In this document: positions 41,072 to 52,223 of the stretch, in pieces | How the letters are laid out: every line of letters starts with the position of its first letter | Position numbering within the stretch: position 1 is the stretch's first letter | Origin: Prasinococcaceae sp. CCMP 1430 | Lineage: Eukaryota; Plantae; Prasinodermophyta | Reading direction: 5' to 3' | Assembly: GCA_013416795.1 (NCBI GenBank) | Contig: RQSC01001094.1 | Span: forward strand, 1 to 63,257 | Length of the DNA: 63,257 nt | Notes under the pieces: generated by a model | What the model was told of the DNA's origin: nothing | Databases searched by the model: none | What the model saw: only the letters and a program-made list of their open reading frames with translations | Program-made: the position numbers and the translations under genes

Positions 41072-42411
41072 TCACGAAAATTTGCCCAACTCCATCTTTT
41101 TTGCGATGGCCTTGGAGCCGTGGTACACGAAGCCGTCCACCATGGAGCTCACGGTGAAGATGCCGCCTAGTATGGCGAACACGCTCGTGAGGAACTGCAG
41201 CGCCGATCGCCTCTCCTCGGCGAACTTGATCTTGATGGGGCTGAGGTCGTAGTAGAAGAACACGCCCGGCACGCCGCCGCTCATGATATTCGCCATGGGC
41301 TTGTAGTGCCTCGTGAACGAAAACTGGTTGGTGTTGATCATCACGCCGGTCACCTCCTCGTACTGCGTGGGGACTACCTTGACGAAGTAGCTGAACATGC
41401 CGGTGGACGATGTGGCGGGCATCGTGACCACCTCCTCGTCGAGCGGATTGACAGCGCCCGGGAATGACTCTCCGAAACTGAGGGAGTTGATGGTGTGGCT
41501 CGTGTCGAAGTCATAGCTCGCAAAAGGCATGAGGTCATGCACATGCAAGCCATTCTGGTTGAAGGACTTGCCTGGCGCGAAATGGAAATTGCCGGCAACC
41601 TTGTTCACGTCTATGTGCCCCCATATCCTGCACCCCTCCCCCTGTTGCGCGTGTAACTTGGCCGTGAAGCCCTCGCGCACGCACTGCTTGATCCCATCGG
41701 CGTTCGAGAAGGACCAGCCCGCGCGCCTGTACGCCTCGCGCACCTCGTCGCACGTATTACAGCACCTTGTTTCGTCGCTCTCCGCGCCGTAGCAGCTGCC
41801 GCACTCCTCGCCCTCGTCCTCGCCACCTCCGATAACCGCCTGGCTCGAGTGACACACAGGATGACACGAACGTCAGGACGCGCCAGCGAGCGCATCCGGG
41901 CACACACACACTACATTGCGTGTACCAGCACACGCGCACACCAGAGCGCGCATGCCGCGTATCAAAGAGCATTTCGACGCAGCGGGACGCGAGGCGCCGG
42001 GCGCACCTCGTTGTCCTTCATGTCTGTACCCCCGACGATGTGCCTCTCTGCCTCGGCGATCGGCTTGCCCTGCTTGTCAAGTCTGCGCTTGTAGATCGTA
42101 TGGTCCACGTCCAGATGATTGTCGCCGGTGATGTCCATCGCGTCCAGGCTAATTACGCCGCATCCCATCGCGTGGAACGTCATGTCGAGGTTGATCCTGA
42201 GTGTGACATCGCGAGAGGTGTCGACCTCGAGCTCATTCACGGTGTCGGTCCTGACGTACGCGCGTAGCTCCGACAGGAAGAGCGCCGCCATCAAGAACGC
42301 CGCAATGAGCGTGATCGCGCCACCCGCCGACGTCCGCGTCGCGAACTCCGAGTTGACGCGGGGGTGCATGTCCATGCGGCGGAAGCGCGCGCCCACGCCG
42401 CCCCCCGCCAT
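41072..42411 (-). CDS. ERGIC3: ERGIC3/Erv46-like ER-Golgi cargo receptor subunit
   Basis: RRMDMHPRVNSEF..RT.AGG, the Cys cluster CGSCYGAE...CCNTCDEVREAYRR.GW, EGCRIWG...NKVAGNFHFAPG, PGVFF.YDLSP, and the C-terminal KKMELGKFS (KKXX-like). Confidence 0.9.
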
Positions 42412-42969
42412 TGCCGCCGAGGGTGCACCCACCGCGGCGCTCCACCGAGGGCGCCCTGCAGCCAGGCGCCCCCCCCCCCCTCGCGTACGCGCTGTGGCGG
42501 CGGGGGCTCCTGCGCGTCTGCCGGCCGCGTCTGCCCTCGTCGCCAGCGCCGGCACGCCGCGCATCAAAACGCCCGCATTCAGCACCCGCCACGATATTCA
42601 AGGTATTCAATATCACACGTGCTCACGGGAGCCACACTTGCGCGGGTCGAAACGCATGCGGCGTTTTTCGGCCGCATGCGAGGCCGACGTTGCGCGCAAA
42701 GTTTGTTTTTGAGCGCGCAGCCGGAGGCGCTGCGGCCGCGGCTGTTGCCTGTGCCACTCGCCGCTGGCAGGGCGGCTGCGGGGCTGCCCCCGGCTGCAGG
42801 CGCCGCTAAGGGCGGCTGCGGCGGCTGCGGCGGCGGAGGTGGCCGTGGTGGTGCTGGACAGGGGGCTCAGAGGGCGGGCGAGGGAGCTGGGCCCTCCGCC
42901 TTGGGCGTGAGCTTCGAGCGCTGCAGGCCCAGGGTCGGGGGCCTCCGGAAGGCTGCGCAAGCGGCGTGC

Positions 42970-44040
42970 ATGGCGTCAGGCGGCGAGGGCAGCCACGCTG
43001 CCGAGAGCGGGGCGCGTGGAGGCGCGCAGGTGGGCGGGCCTGCCGATGGAGGGCACTCCCTCTTGCCCGCAGCGCTGCCTCTCCCGCCCGCCTACTTTCT
43101 CAACGTTCCGGCTGCAGCGTCCGCTGGCGCGGCGAGGGCGCAGCAGGCAGGAGCGCCCAGCGCCGGTGCAGCAGGCAGAGGCGAGTCATCGGACCGCAGC
43201 CCGCCACGGCCCATGCCACGAGCGCGGCCAAATGCGGAGCAGCTGCGTGCGTTCCACCAGATGCAGGCACAGCATATTCTGAGGTCGCTCAACACCAATG
43301 GCCAGTACGGCGTCATCCCGGCTAGCGGGGACGCGGTCGGCGCTGGCATTGGCAGCAGGGCCAACGTTCTGCCGCGTGCGGCGGGCGAGGCACAGAAGGA
43401 GACAGAGGGGGATAGTGCGTCTGAACGAGACGCACCGGGCGCCGATGGCAAGGAGCACGACGGGCAGGGCAGTGCTGCGGTGCAAGACAGCCAGGGCCGA
43501 GGGGCCGAGGGAGCTGATGGGGACCGGCGTGCTCCCAAGCGCAAGCGCAAGAGCGGGGTCCGCAATTGCAAGAGCGGGGTCCGCAAGCGCAAGAGCGGGG
43601 CCCGCAAGCGCAAGGGCGGGGTCGAGGACGCGGGCGGCTCGGCGGCCTCGGCGGAAGGGGGCGAGGACGCAGCAGCGGCGCCTTTGAAGCCAGACGCGGT
43701 ACTGAGCATGCCAGGTCTTGGGTACCCCGTGCCTATCGTGGCGATTCCCGGCTACAACGGCGGTCCGCAGGTATTCGTCAATACCAAGCAGGCGAAGGCT
43801 ATCATGCGTCGGCGAGAGCAGAGAGCCAAGCTGGCTCGCACGACCGAGACCGCCCGGAAGCAGTACCTCCACGAGAGCAGGCACAGGCACGCGACAAAGC
43901 GAAAGCGAGGGCCGAACGGGAGATTCCTCACCAAGGCAGAGCTCACGGCACAGCAGGAGGACGTTGGCGGCGCCGGCGCGACCGCAGGCGAGCACGATGC
44001 GGCCGCTGGCGGCAGCAACGAGGCCAGCGGGGCGCAGTAG
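42970..44040 (+). CDS. NF-YA: Nuclear factor Y subunit A (CBF-B/HAP2)
   Basis: VFVNTKQAKAIMRRREQRAKL...RKQYLHESRHRHATKRKRGPNGRFLT. Confidence 0.92.
   Translation: MASGGEGSHAAESGARGGAQVGGPADGGHSLLPAALPLPPAYFLNVPAAASAGAARAQQAGAPSAGAAGRGESSDRSPPRPMPRARPNAEQLRAFHQMQAQHILRSLNTNGQYGVIPASGDAVGAGIGSRANVLPRAAGEAQKETEGDSASERDAPGADGKEHDGQGSAAVQDSQGRGAEGADGDRRAPKRKRKSGVRNCKSGVRKRKSGARKRKGGVEDAGGSAASAEGGEDAAAAPLKPDAVLSMPGLGYPVPIVAIPGYNGGPQVFVNTKQAKAIMRRREQRAKLARTTETARKQYLHESRHRHATKRKRGPNGRFLTKAELTAQQEDVGGAGATAGEHDAAAGGSNEASGAQ
43540..43623 (+). repeat. 4 x 21-bp coding tandem repeat (RKRKSGV)
   Basis: CGCAAGCGCAAGAGCGGGGTC units at 43540, 43561, 43582 and 43603. Confidence 0.9.
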
Positions 44041-44094
44041 TGAGCGAGATCGGTCGTGTGTATTTTAAAAATAGCGGATGTACCAAGCCCCCGC

Positions 44095-45036
44095 TCACTG
44101 CACCGACTGCACCTGCGTCCACTGGCCGTCGATGGCCTCCTTCCAGAGGGTCACCTGGTTGTTGGCATCGGACACGGCGAGGATATTGCCAGTCACCGAC
44201 CAGCTGACGCGCCACACCGGCGCCCCGAAGTTGTGCAGCTGCACGTTAGTCCACGCCGCGCCGGCGTCCGCCTGGGTCCAGATTTGCACGGTACCATCCT
44301 GCGACGCGCTCGCGATTGTGTTCTTGGGTAGGCCGATGTTGGGCGCCCAGGCGGCGTCCCGCACCCAGTCCGAGTGTGCTGAAAGCGTGTGCTCGAGCGC
44401 CCACTCGCCCCCGACAGCCTGCTGCACCCAAACCTTGAGCGTGTTGTCGCATCCGGCGCTCACGAGCCGGCGCACCGGCGCGGCGCCCTGCGCAACACCC
44501 ACGAGCGCACCCGCCGACGCGGCGGGGGACCAGCTCACGGCCAGGGCACCCAGCGTGTGCGCCCCTGACAGTTTCTTGGAGTCCCACTCGCCCGTCTGGT
44601 CGTTGTACGCCAGCACTGCCACGCTGCCGTCCGACGACGCGCTCGCCAGCATCAGCCCGAGCTCGTGCGGCGCCCAGCACACGCTGTTGACCGAGCTGTC
44701 GTGCAGTGTCGCCGGGCTCACGTACACCTGCGTCCAGCTGCGCCCCTGCGAGCCCTCGGCCTCGCGCCACACGATCACCTTGTGGTCGTACCCGCAGGTG
44801 GCCAACAGGCTGCCGAACTTAGGGTGCGCCCACGCCACCTGCCACACGGGCCCCTCGTGGCCGCTGAGATCAGCTAGGTGCGACTGCGAAGGCGCGTCCG
44901 GCGAGCCCGAGACGGAGAACACCTTCACCGTGCGGTCGCTGCTGCACGTGGCGAGGCGCGTCCCATAGTAGTCGAGCTGGCAGTCGTGCACGACGTCCTG
45001 GTGGCCCGTCTCCATCGGAGTGGTAGCAACGGCCAT
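44095..45036 (-). CDS. SEC13: COPII coat/nucleoporin SEC13
   Basis: ETGHQDVVHDCQLDYYGTRLATCSSDRTVK, GHEGPVWQVAWAHPKFGSLLA, HSDWVRDAAWAPNIGLP, VWRVSWSVTGNILAVS. Confidence 0.97.
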   Translation of the reverse strand: MAVATTPMETGHQDVVHDCQLDYYGTRLATCSSDRTVKVFSVSGSPDAPSQSHLADLSGHEGPVWQVAWAHPKFGSLLATCGYDHKVIVWREAEGSQGRSWTQVYVSPATLHDSSVNSVCWAPHELGLMLASASSDGSVAVLAYNDQTGEWDSKKLSGAHTLGALAVSWSPAASAGALVGVAQGAAPVRRLVSAGCDNTLKVWVQQAVGGEWALEHTLSAHSDWVRDAAWAPNIGLPKNTIASASQDGTVQIWTQADAGAAWTNVQLHNFGAPVWRVSWSVTGNILAVSDANNQVTLWKEAIDGQWTQVQSVQ

Positions 45037-45790
45037 GGCCGCGGCGGGCGTGCGCGCGCGAGAGTGCGCGGAGTCTGTTTTGACCGCTTGCTCGCGGCGC
45101 CGACGAACGCCTCCCCCTCCGCTCCTCTCCTCGGCCACTCTCCTCCTCTTACCCCTGCGCGGTCCGCTGTGGGCAGCGCGGATGCGTCCTCGCCCTCCCG
45201 CTGCCGTCCGCCGGCCACCGCCCTACGAGCGTGCACGAGCTCGCGCGCGCGTGCGCCTTCGCCCGTGGCTGAGCCGCCAGTCGCGCGCGCGATGGGGCAC
45301 CGACCTCGGCCTCAGATCGCCCTCCTCGTCGCCCTTCACTCCCGTCTGCGCCGTCCAGCGCCCCACTACTTGCCTCCCGCCGTCGCGCGCCGCCAGTGTG
45401 GCGCCCGCGCGGGCCACCCGCCCTCGCCCTCGCCCCCGCCCTCGCGCGCGCGCGCGCGCGGCCAAAAACCGTGCGACGAACTGGCGTCCTTCCGGAAAAT
45501 CCCCTCCAGGCAAAGGCCACTTCCAACTCTCTGCGCCACCGTTTCCGGGAAGGCGCCGCGGGCGCGCATTCGCGAGCGCGCAACGAAATGTCGTTCCGCC
45601 GATCGCTCGCGCGGTTCGGGGCACGGCGCGCCCTCGCCCCGACCCCAGTCTACCCGCCAGCGTCCCCGGCAAGGCCCGGATTGTACCGGGTGAATGAGCG
45701 AGACCTAGGCGGTCGGACCGGGTTCGAACCGGGGTCAGGCCGCGTCCCCGCGCCGCGCGCGCCGCCGCGAAAAAACGCCGCGCGCCGGAG

Positions 45791-45873
45791 GATTTTGATT
45801 TTGATTTTGATTTTATTTATTTTTATCGTGTTCGTGTGTGTTTGAGCGCGTGCGCTCTTGCCTCAGAACAAGG

Positions 45874-45925
<52 letters not shown>
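45791..45925. repeat. (GATTTT)4 plus a 51-nt poly-T tract in the SEC13/VPS53 divergent promoter
   Basis: GATTTT x4 at 45791-45814; T run at 45875-45925. Confidence 0.95.
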
Positions 45926-45928
<3 letters not shown>

Positions 45929-46164
45929 TTCCAAGGGGGGGTGTTGAGAGCGCATGCTGTGGCCCTTCCCCTGCTTCGCCTCCCCTCCGTGAGGGGGGGA
46001 GGCCAGAGCTCGCGCGCGGCGCGCCCGCCAGGGGCGGGTGGCTCGGGCCCCGAGGTCAGCGGGGCGACTTGGGAGAGGGGAGAGACAGGGAGCGTGAGTG
46101 TGCAGGAGAGGCTTTGGGAAGGCGCGGGCCGAGGGCCACGCGCCCGCCGCCCCGCGGGCGGACG

Positions 46165-48738
46165 ATGGAGTTCGACGCCGGTGCGGTTGAGGGGGGCGGC
46201 GGTGCCCCCGCTGCTGCGCCGATTGTGCTCGACGGCGACGTGCTTGAGATGGGCGTCGGGGGCGGGGACACGGCGGAGGATCCCTTCGACGCCGAGGACT
46301 TCTCGGCGGTTGCACTGGTGAACTCGCTCTTCCCGACCGAGGCGTCGCTCTCGGGCATCGAGCCGTTCTGCGGCAGGCTACGGCGGAAGATCGGTCGCGT
46401 GGACGCTGACATCCTCGGTGCGGTGCGCGAGCAGAGCAGCAGCGGCGCCCGTGCGAAGGAGGACCTGTCGGATGCCACGGCTGCGATCCGCGAGCTGCAA
46501 GGCCGCATTCACGAGATCAAGCGCAAGTCGGAACAGTCCGAGGCGATGGTGCAGGAGATCTGCCGCGACATCAAGAAGCTCGACTTCGCGAAGAAGCACC
46601 TCACAACAACAATCACAGCGCTGCGCAGGCTCGCGATGCTCGTGAGCGCGGTGGACCAGCTGGAAGCAATGGCGTCCAAGCGCCAGTACCGCGAGGCCGC
46701 CAACCTGCTCGAGGCTGTCAACCAGCTCATGGAGCACTTCGCGCCGTACGGCTCCATCCCGAAGCTCGCCGAGCTGCGCGGCAAGTTCGCTGCCATCAGG
46801 CAGCTGATGCGCAGCGCCATCTTCGAGGACTTCCAGAGGCTAGGCACGGCGAGCGCGGCGGAGGGCGCGGGTGGGGGCGTGGACAACGACGAAGAGCACG
46901 TCGCGGCCGTCCTGTCCGCGCCCCCTCAGCAGTTGGCCGACGCCTGCCTGGTGGTGGAGGCGCTCGAGACGGGCGTGCGAGACGACCTCGTGAAGATGGT
47001 CGTCGGGCGCGAGCTCGACACGTACAGGCAGATCTTCGGCGTTTCGACAGAGGGTGGCAAGCTCGAGACGGCTGACCGCCGCTATGCGTGGATTCGGCGC
47101 CGCGTGCGCGCCAACGAGGAGACCTGGAGCGTCTTTCCCGCGCACTGGAACGTGCTGGGCTTGCTCGTGGCGGAGCTGTGCACGCTCACACGCACGCACC
47201 TGTCCGATATGCTCACCGCGCGGCACGGAGAGGTCGAGGTTGCGACGCTGCTGCAGGTGCTCCAGAGAACGATCGAGTTCGAGAAGGACATGCAGGAGCG
47301 CTTCGGGGGACTCCCTGCTCAGGCGGCCGACGAGGAGGCGGACGTCTTCGCTGGCGTTGGCGGCGCTGGCAACTCCGCTGCCGACGTGCGTGGCAAGTAC
47401 GAGCGCATGCGCAAGGAGCAAGCTGCGGAGGAGGCCGAGGAGGCCAACGGACCTCAGCCCGCCACGCAGCAAGTGGCGTTCCAGGGGCTCATCAGCTCGT
47501 GCATTGAGCCCCACCTGGGCGCGTACACCGCCCTAGAAACGCAGACGCTCATTGAGACGCTCGATCAGCTCATCGCCAGCGAGACGTGGGACGGCGAGGG
47601 CAGCAGCAGCGGCAAAGTGCTCGCGAGTGCCGAACACCTCTTCTTGCACATCAAGAAGGTCAAGGATCGCTGCTCGGCGCTGAGCCGTGGCCAGACGCTG
47701 TACAAGATGCAGAGCGGCCTCTGCAAGGTGCTCCTCGCGTACGCCCAGAAGCTCGCGGCACGCTTGCCCAAAACCGCCGGTGGCGCCGCGATCGCGACCG
47801 CTGGGCTGCCAGGCGTGTCGCCCGCGGACTGGCGCGTGTACTGCCAGGAGAAAGACGAGGTCGCGGCGGCCTTCATCGTCAACACGTGCGAGTACTGCCA
47901 GAAGACCACCACCGCGCTCGCTGACTCCATTCGGCGCGCCATCGAGCCCGCCTTCGCGGAGCGCGTGGACATGACGGGGGCCGAGGACGAGCTTCTTGCG
48001 TCGGGCGCGCGCGCCTTGGGCATTCTCGTGCTCGCGGTGGAGACCCGCCTGAACGAGCCCCTGCTTGCCATGGCGAAGCTTCCCTGGGGCACTCTCGAGG
48101 ACGTCGGCGATCAGAGCGAGTGGTCGCGGCAGGTGAGCCAGACGTTTCAGAGCGCGGGCTTTACGGCCGGGAACGTGCTGGACTCCCTGCACGCCCGCCT
48201 GCTGTGCGACAAGCTCGCCGCCTCGTTCACCCCGCGCCTGTACGCAGCGGTGCTGCGTTGCCACCCCGTGAGCGACGCGGGCGCGCAGCAGATGCTGTTG
48301 GACGTGCATGCCGTCAAGACGGCGCTCGCAAAGCTTCCCAGCTCCATGGGCATGGCTGCGACGCCGGCCAGTTACACCAAGATGGTGCAGCGCGACGTGG
48401 GGCGCACGGAGACGCTGCTCAAGGTGTTGCCCAGCCCCCAGGACCAGATTGCCGCAACCTTCAGCGCTCTCATCCCGGATGGCACACCCGCGGACTTTGC
48501 GGCGCTGCTAGAGATGAAGGGCCTCAAGCCTGCGGACGCGCGGGCCATGAGCGAGGCGTTCGCGCGCGCGACCGGTGCAACGGCGGGTGCGGGTGCACGC
48601 TCGGCTGGCGGGGCAGCAGGTCGAGCGGGTGGAGTGGGCGCGCCTGCTTCCGCTCGAAGCTCGAGCTCCATGGGGTTGGGCAAGGCCGCCAGTGCTGCGT
48701 CCAGCATTCGGCGCTTCCTCCGCAACGCGCGCCAGTGA
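46165..48738 (+). CDS. VPS53: GARP/EARP tethering complex subunit VPS53
   Basis: DPFD..DF.AV..VN.LFPTEASLS, IKRKSEQSEAMVQEICRDIKKLDFAKKHLTTTITALRRLAMLVSAVDQL, FIVNTCEYC, VGDQSEW, GAQQMLLDVHAVKT. Confidence 0.95.
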   Translation: MEFDAGAVEGGGGAPAAAPIVLDGDVLEMGVGGGDTAEDPFDAEDFSAVALVNSLFPTEASLSGIEPFCGRLRRKIGRVDADILGAVREQSSSGARAKEDLSDATAAIRELQGRIHEIKRKSEQSEAMVQEICRDIKKLDFAKKHLTTTITALRRLAMLVSAVDQLEAMASKRQYREAANLLEAVNQLMEHFAPYGSIPKLAELRGKFAAIRQLMRSAIFEDFQRLGTASAAEGAGGGVDNDEEHVAAVLSAPPQQLADACLVVEALETGVRDDLVKMVVGRELDTYRQIFGVSTEGGKLETADRRYAWIRRRVRANEETWSVFPAHWNVLGLLVAELCTLTRTHLSDMLTARHGEVEVATLLQVLQRTIEFEKDMQERFGGLPAQAADEEADVFAGVGGAGNSAADVRGKYERMRKEQAAEEAEEANGPQPATQQVAFQGLISSCIEPHLGAYTALETQTLIETLDQLIASETWDGEGSSSGKVLASAEHLFLHIKKVKDRCSALSRGQTLYKMQSGLCKVLLAYAQKLAARLPKTAGGAAIATAGLPGVSPADWRVYCQEKDEVAAAFIVNTCEYCQKTTTALADSIRRAIEPAFAERVDMTGAEDELLASGARALGILVLAVETRLNEPLLAMAKLPWGTLEDVGDQSEWSRQVSQTFQSAGFTAGNVLDSLHARLLCDKLAASFTPRLYAAVLRCHPVSDAGAQQMLLDVHAVKTALAKLPSSMGMAATPASYTKMVQRDVGRTETLLKVLPSPQDQIAATFSALIPDGTPADFAALLEMKGLKPADARAMSEAFARATGATAGAGARSAGGAAGRAGGVGAPASARSSSSMGLGKAASAASSIRRFLRNARQ

Positions 48739-48887
48739 CGAGCGCCCGTCTGTAAAAAAAAAATGTACCAACAGTTGCTACAGTTGGCCAGGCTGGCGGT
48801 GAGTGGGTGGCGCCACCTCAGCGCCCCGCGTGTCCTATCCCCGTACGTAGACCAAAAATGCAACCATGGCATTCGCGCGAACGCCTC

Positions 48888-49613
48888 CTATGACCGGTCG
48901 GACTCCCAGCCGAGCAGCTCGAGCAGCTGGTGATAGTCGTCGACTGCCGCGACGCATCCGAGCTCGAGGAGCTCGTCGGCACCCATCGAGGTGGTGAGGC
49001 CGACGCACGCGATGCCCGCCGCAATGGCAGCCGTCACCCCGCTCTTGCTGTCCTCGCACACGAGCACCGCAGCCTTGTCCTCGATGTCAAGCAGCTCGCA
49101 GCCGCGGTTGTATGGCAGGGGGCTTGGCTTGGCCTCTGGCAGCTCGTCCCCCACGATGAGGGCCTCGAAACAGCCGTCCAGGCCCGCCGAGCGTATGAGA
49201 AGCTCGGCGTTCTTGCGCGGCGCATTGGTGACGGCGACGCGGCGTACCGAACGCTCGTCCATGGCAGCCACCATGGCCGTAAGGCCGGAAATGGGGCCAA
49301 GGGCGTCGCCCGCTCGCTCGCGGAAGGCCGTCTCCTTCTCGTCGATGAACTTGGCCGTGTCCTCGGGATTGGTGATGTGCGGGAAAAACTCGTCGACGAT
49401 GTCCGGGTTGTGTCGACCGCTTATGCGACGGCGGAAGAGCTCCTCTGTGCACTCCTCGGTGGCGCAGTGCTGCTCGAACATGTCTACGAAGACCGCGTAG
49501 TGCAGCGGGTCGCTGTCGACGAGCGTCCCGTCCACGTCGAACAGCACCGCCCGCAGCGCGCCCGGCGCGCCGAGCGCCCTCAGGCGCTCGCCGCCCCCCC
49601 GCAGCGCCGGCAT
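48888..49613 (-). CDS. HAD-superfamily hydrolase (CbbY/Sgpp-like sugar phosphatase)
   Basis: AVLFDVDGTLVDSDPLH (motif I), VAVTNAPR.NAE (II), AKPSPLPY (III), VCEDSKSGV.A (IV). The 5' end may extend further. Confidence 0.9.
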   Translation of the reverse strand: MPALRGGGERLRALGAPGALRAVLFDVDGTLVDSDPLHYAVFVDMFEQHCATEECTEELFRRRISGRHNPDIVDEFFPHITNPEDTAKFIDEKETAFRERAGDALGPISGLTAMVAAMDERSVRRVAVTNAPRKNAELLIRSAGLDGCFEALIVGDELPEAKPSPLPYNRGCELLDIEDKAAVLVCEDSKSGVTAAIAAGIACVGLTTSMGADELLELGCVAAVDDYHQLLELLGWESDRS

Positions 49614-50199
49614 CCCGGCCAAAAGCAAGGAGCTTCTCACACCGCGGGCATCGCCTCATCAAACGACGCGCCTCGCCGCCCCCCGCGCTGCCGCCGCCAT
49701 GCGCGCAGCAACGGCCGCCGCCCCTCTGGCTCACCCACGCCGGGCGCTCTCATCCCCCCCCTCTCTCTCTCGCGAGCGCACCGGCTCCTGAAGCCCTCGC
49801 AAAACAGACCGCCTCTGCTCATACAGTATTGTCATGCACAAACCCTGAATCCCAACCCTCGACACCAACCCTAATTCTCGCCCGCCTTCCCGAGGATTCC
49901 TCCAAAGGATTTCTTGAGCTTGTCGGGAACTTTGGGGTTCCAGCTGTTTTGATGGGGGGGTTCTCGAAGGCCCACCCGCACCCCCAACCGCGCGCGCGCG
50001 AGTGCGGCGGCGGCGGCTGCCTGCGCCGCTGGGGGGGGGCGCGACACACTCGGCGCGGTGCGCGCGGGGGGTGGCGCAGGGCGTCGGGGGCGCTCGGGAC
50101 GGGACGGGTCGACGCTCTCCGCGGCCACGTCGCGCGCGCGAGCGGGGCGTGCGAGAAAAGGGGAGTTGGGGGTTGGGGAGGGGCTGGGCGGCGCGAGCG

Positions 50200-51971
50200 A
50201 TGGGCGGCGCGGCGGATGCGGCGGTGGATGCGCTCGCGATGGCGAGCCTGAAGCGCTCGCGCGAGCTCTTCGCGGGCAACTACACGGTGCGGCCGACGAT
50301 CGACGCGAGCTCGAGGAAGACACGCGTCGCTATGAAGGTGCGCGCGCGCGCGCGCGCGCGCGAGGGCACGCGCTGCGGTGCGCATGGAGGGCCGACGCGG
50401 CTGGCGTGCAGCCGTTCGTGCGAAAACCCGCCGGCGCACGTGCGCTTGTGTGCGCGCGCTGACAACTGGCGCACCTCGTCTCGTAGACCTCGGAGGAGTA
50501 CGATCGGGTCGTGGTGGAGGAGGTTGAGGCACAGGAGAAGGCCAAGGCACAGGACAAAAAGAGCGCGAGCGCTGACGAAGCAGCAAAGGGTGCGTCAAGC
50601 GCGGCACGCATCGCTTTGCCGCTGCTGTGCTTAGGGTTGGTTGGTCCGCCGTGCCCTGGGCTGCCTGCGCCCGCACCTTCGCTCGTGTGCGTCTATAGGG
50701 CCGCTTGCCACGCCCACCCGGCCTGTCCCCGCGCTGATGCCGGGCGCGCCCATCCCGCCCTCGCCCCCTGCGTCCTTCCCTCGGCCCCGCCCGCCCCGCC
50801 ATGCGTTGCAGAGGGCGGCCCGGCCCCGGCGTACCAGGCTTCTGCCGCGGCGGGCAGTCTCGTCGTGCACTCGCAGATGCCCGCGGCGGGCGGGGCGCCG
50901 CCCCCGCGCACGGCCGCGGCGCAGGCGGCGCAGGCGCGCTCGTCGCACGCGCTCGTGAAGCGCCTCGCGCACAAGTGGCCGCGCCCGGAGTGGCACGCCC
51001 CTTGGAAGCTGTACCGCGTAATCTCCGGCCACCTCGGCTGGGTGCGCTCGATCGCGTTCGAGCCGGGCAACGAGTGGTTCGCGACAGGCTCCGCCGACCG
51101 CACGATCAAGGTGTGGGAAACAGCCACGGGGAAACTCAAGCTCACGCTGACGGGGCACATCGAGCAGATCCGCTCGCTCGTGGTGAGCCAGCGCCACCCG
51201 TACATGTTCTCGGCGGGCGACGACAATCAGGTCAAGTGCTGGGACCTGGAGACGAACAAGGTGGTGAGGCACTACCACGGCCATCTGAGCGGCGTGTACT
51301 GCATGGCTCTGCACCCGACCGTCGACGTGCTGATGACTGGCGGGCGCGACTCGGTGTGCCGCGTGTGGGACATCCGCACGCGCAAGCAGGTGCACGTGCT
51401 CGAGGGCCACAACAACACCGTGTGCTCGGTCGTCAGCCAGGCCCACGACCCACAGGTCATCACCGGTTCCCACGACTCCACCATTAAGACGTGGGACCTG
51501 GTGGCAGGCAAGTGCTCCACGACGCTCACCTTTCACAAGAAATCGGTTCGCGCGATGGCGCTGCACCCAACCGAGAACTGCTTCGCCAGCGCCAGTGCGG
51601 ACAACATCAAGAAGTTCAAGCTGCCCGAGGGCACCTTCATGCACAACATGCTGGAGCAGCAGAAGTGCATCGTCAATTGCATGGCCATAAATGAGGACAA
51701 CGTGATGGCCACTTGCGGCGACAATGGCACCACCTGGTTCTGGGACTGGACCAGCGGCCACTGCTACCAGAAGGAGATGGCTATCGTGCAGCCGGGGTCG
51801 CTTGACGCGGAGGCGGGCATCTTCGCCTGCTCGTTCGACCAAACCGGCACGCGCTTCGTGACGTGCGAGGCGGACAAGACGATAAAGATGTACAAGCCAG
51901 ACCTGTCAGCGACCAAAGAGTCACATCCAGGCTTGGAGTTCAAACCGCCCACCGACATGCGGCGCTTCTGA
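50200..51971 (+). CDS. PRL1: Pleiotropic regulatory locus 1 (PLRG1/Prp46; Prp19 complex WD40 protein), 3 exons
   Basis: SLKRS.ELF N-terminus, [41 protein letters not shown], and C-terminal [17 protein letters not shown]. Confidence 0.97.
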
Positions 51972-52223
51972 TCTGCGGGCGGACGGAGCGGCTCGAGCGC
52001 GCACGTGCGTCGCCGGGCGTATGTAACATATACGATTACCTATGGAAGGCCAAGCGCTGCTGCTCTGGGCGATGCGCTCGCCCGGGGCGCGCGGGCGGCA
52101 GCGCCGCCATGCCCCCCCCCCGGCCGAGGCGAGGCACGCAGCGTGGCCCTACCCATCACGTACGACTGGGGCGCTGACGACGCCGACGTCATCGTCGTCA
52201 CGGATGGCTCCCACGTGCTCGAC

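Noticed and set aside
39766-48738. Apparent cluster of trafficking genes (Erv41, Erv46, SEC13, VPS53)
   Set aside because: They act at different trafficking steps and are interrupted by NF-YA; this is plausible by chance in a gene-dense genome. Only the Erv41/Erv46 pair was kept.
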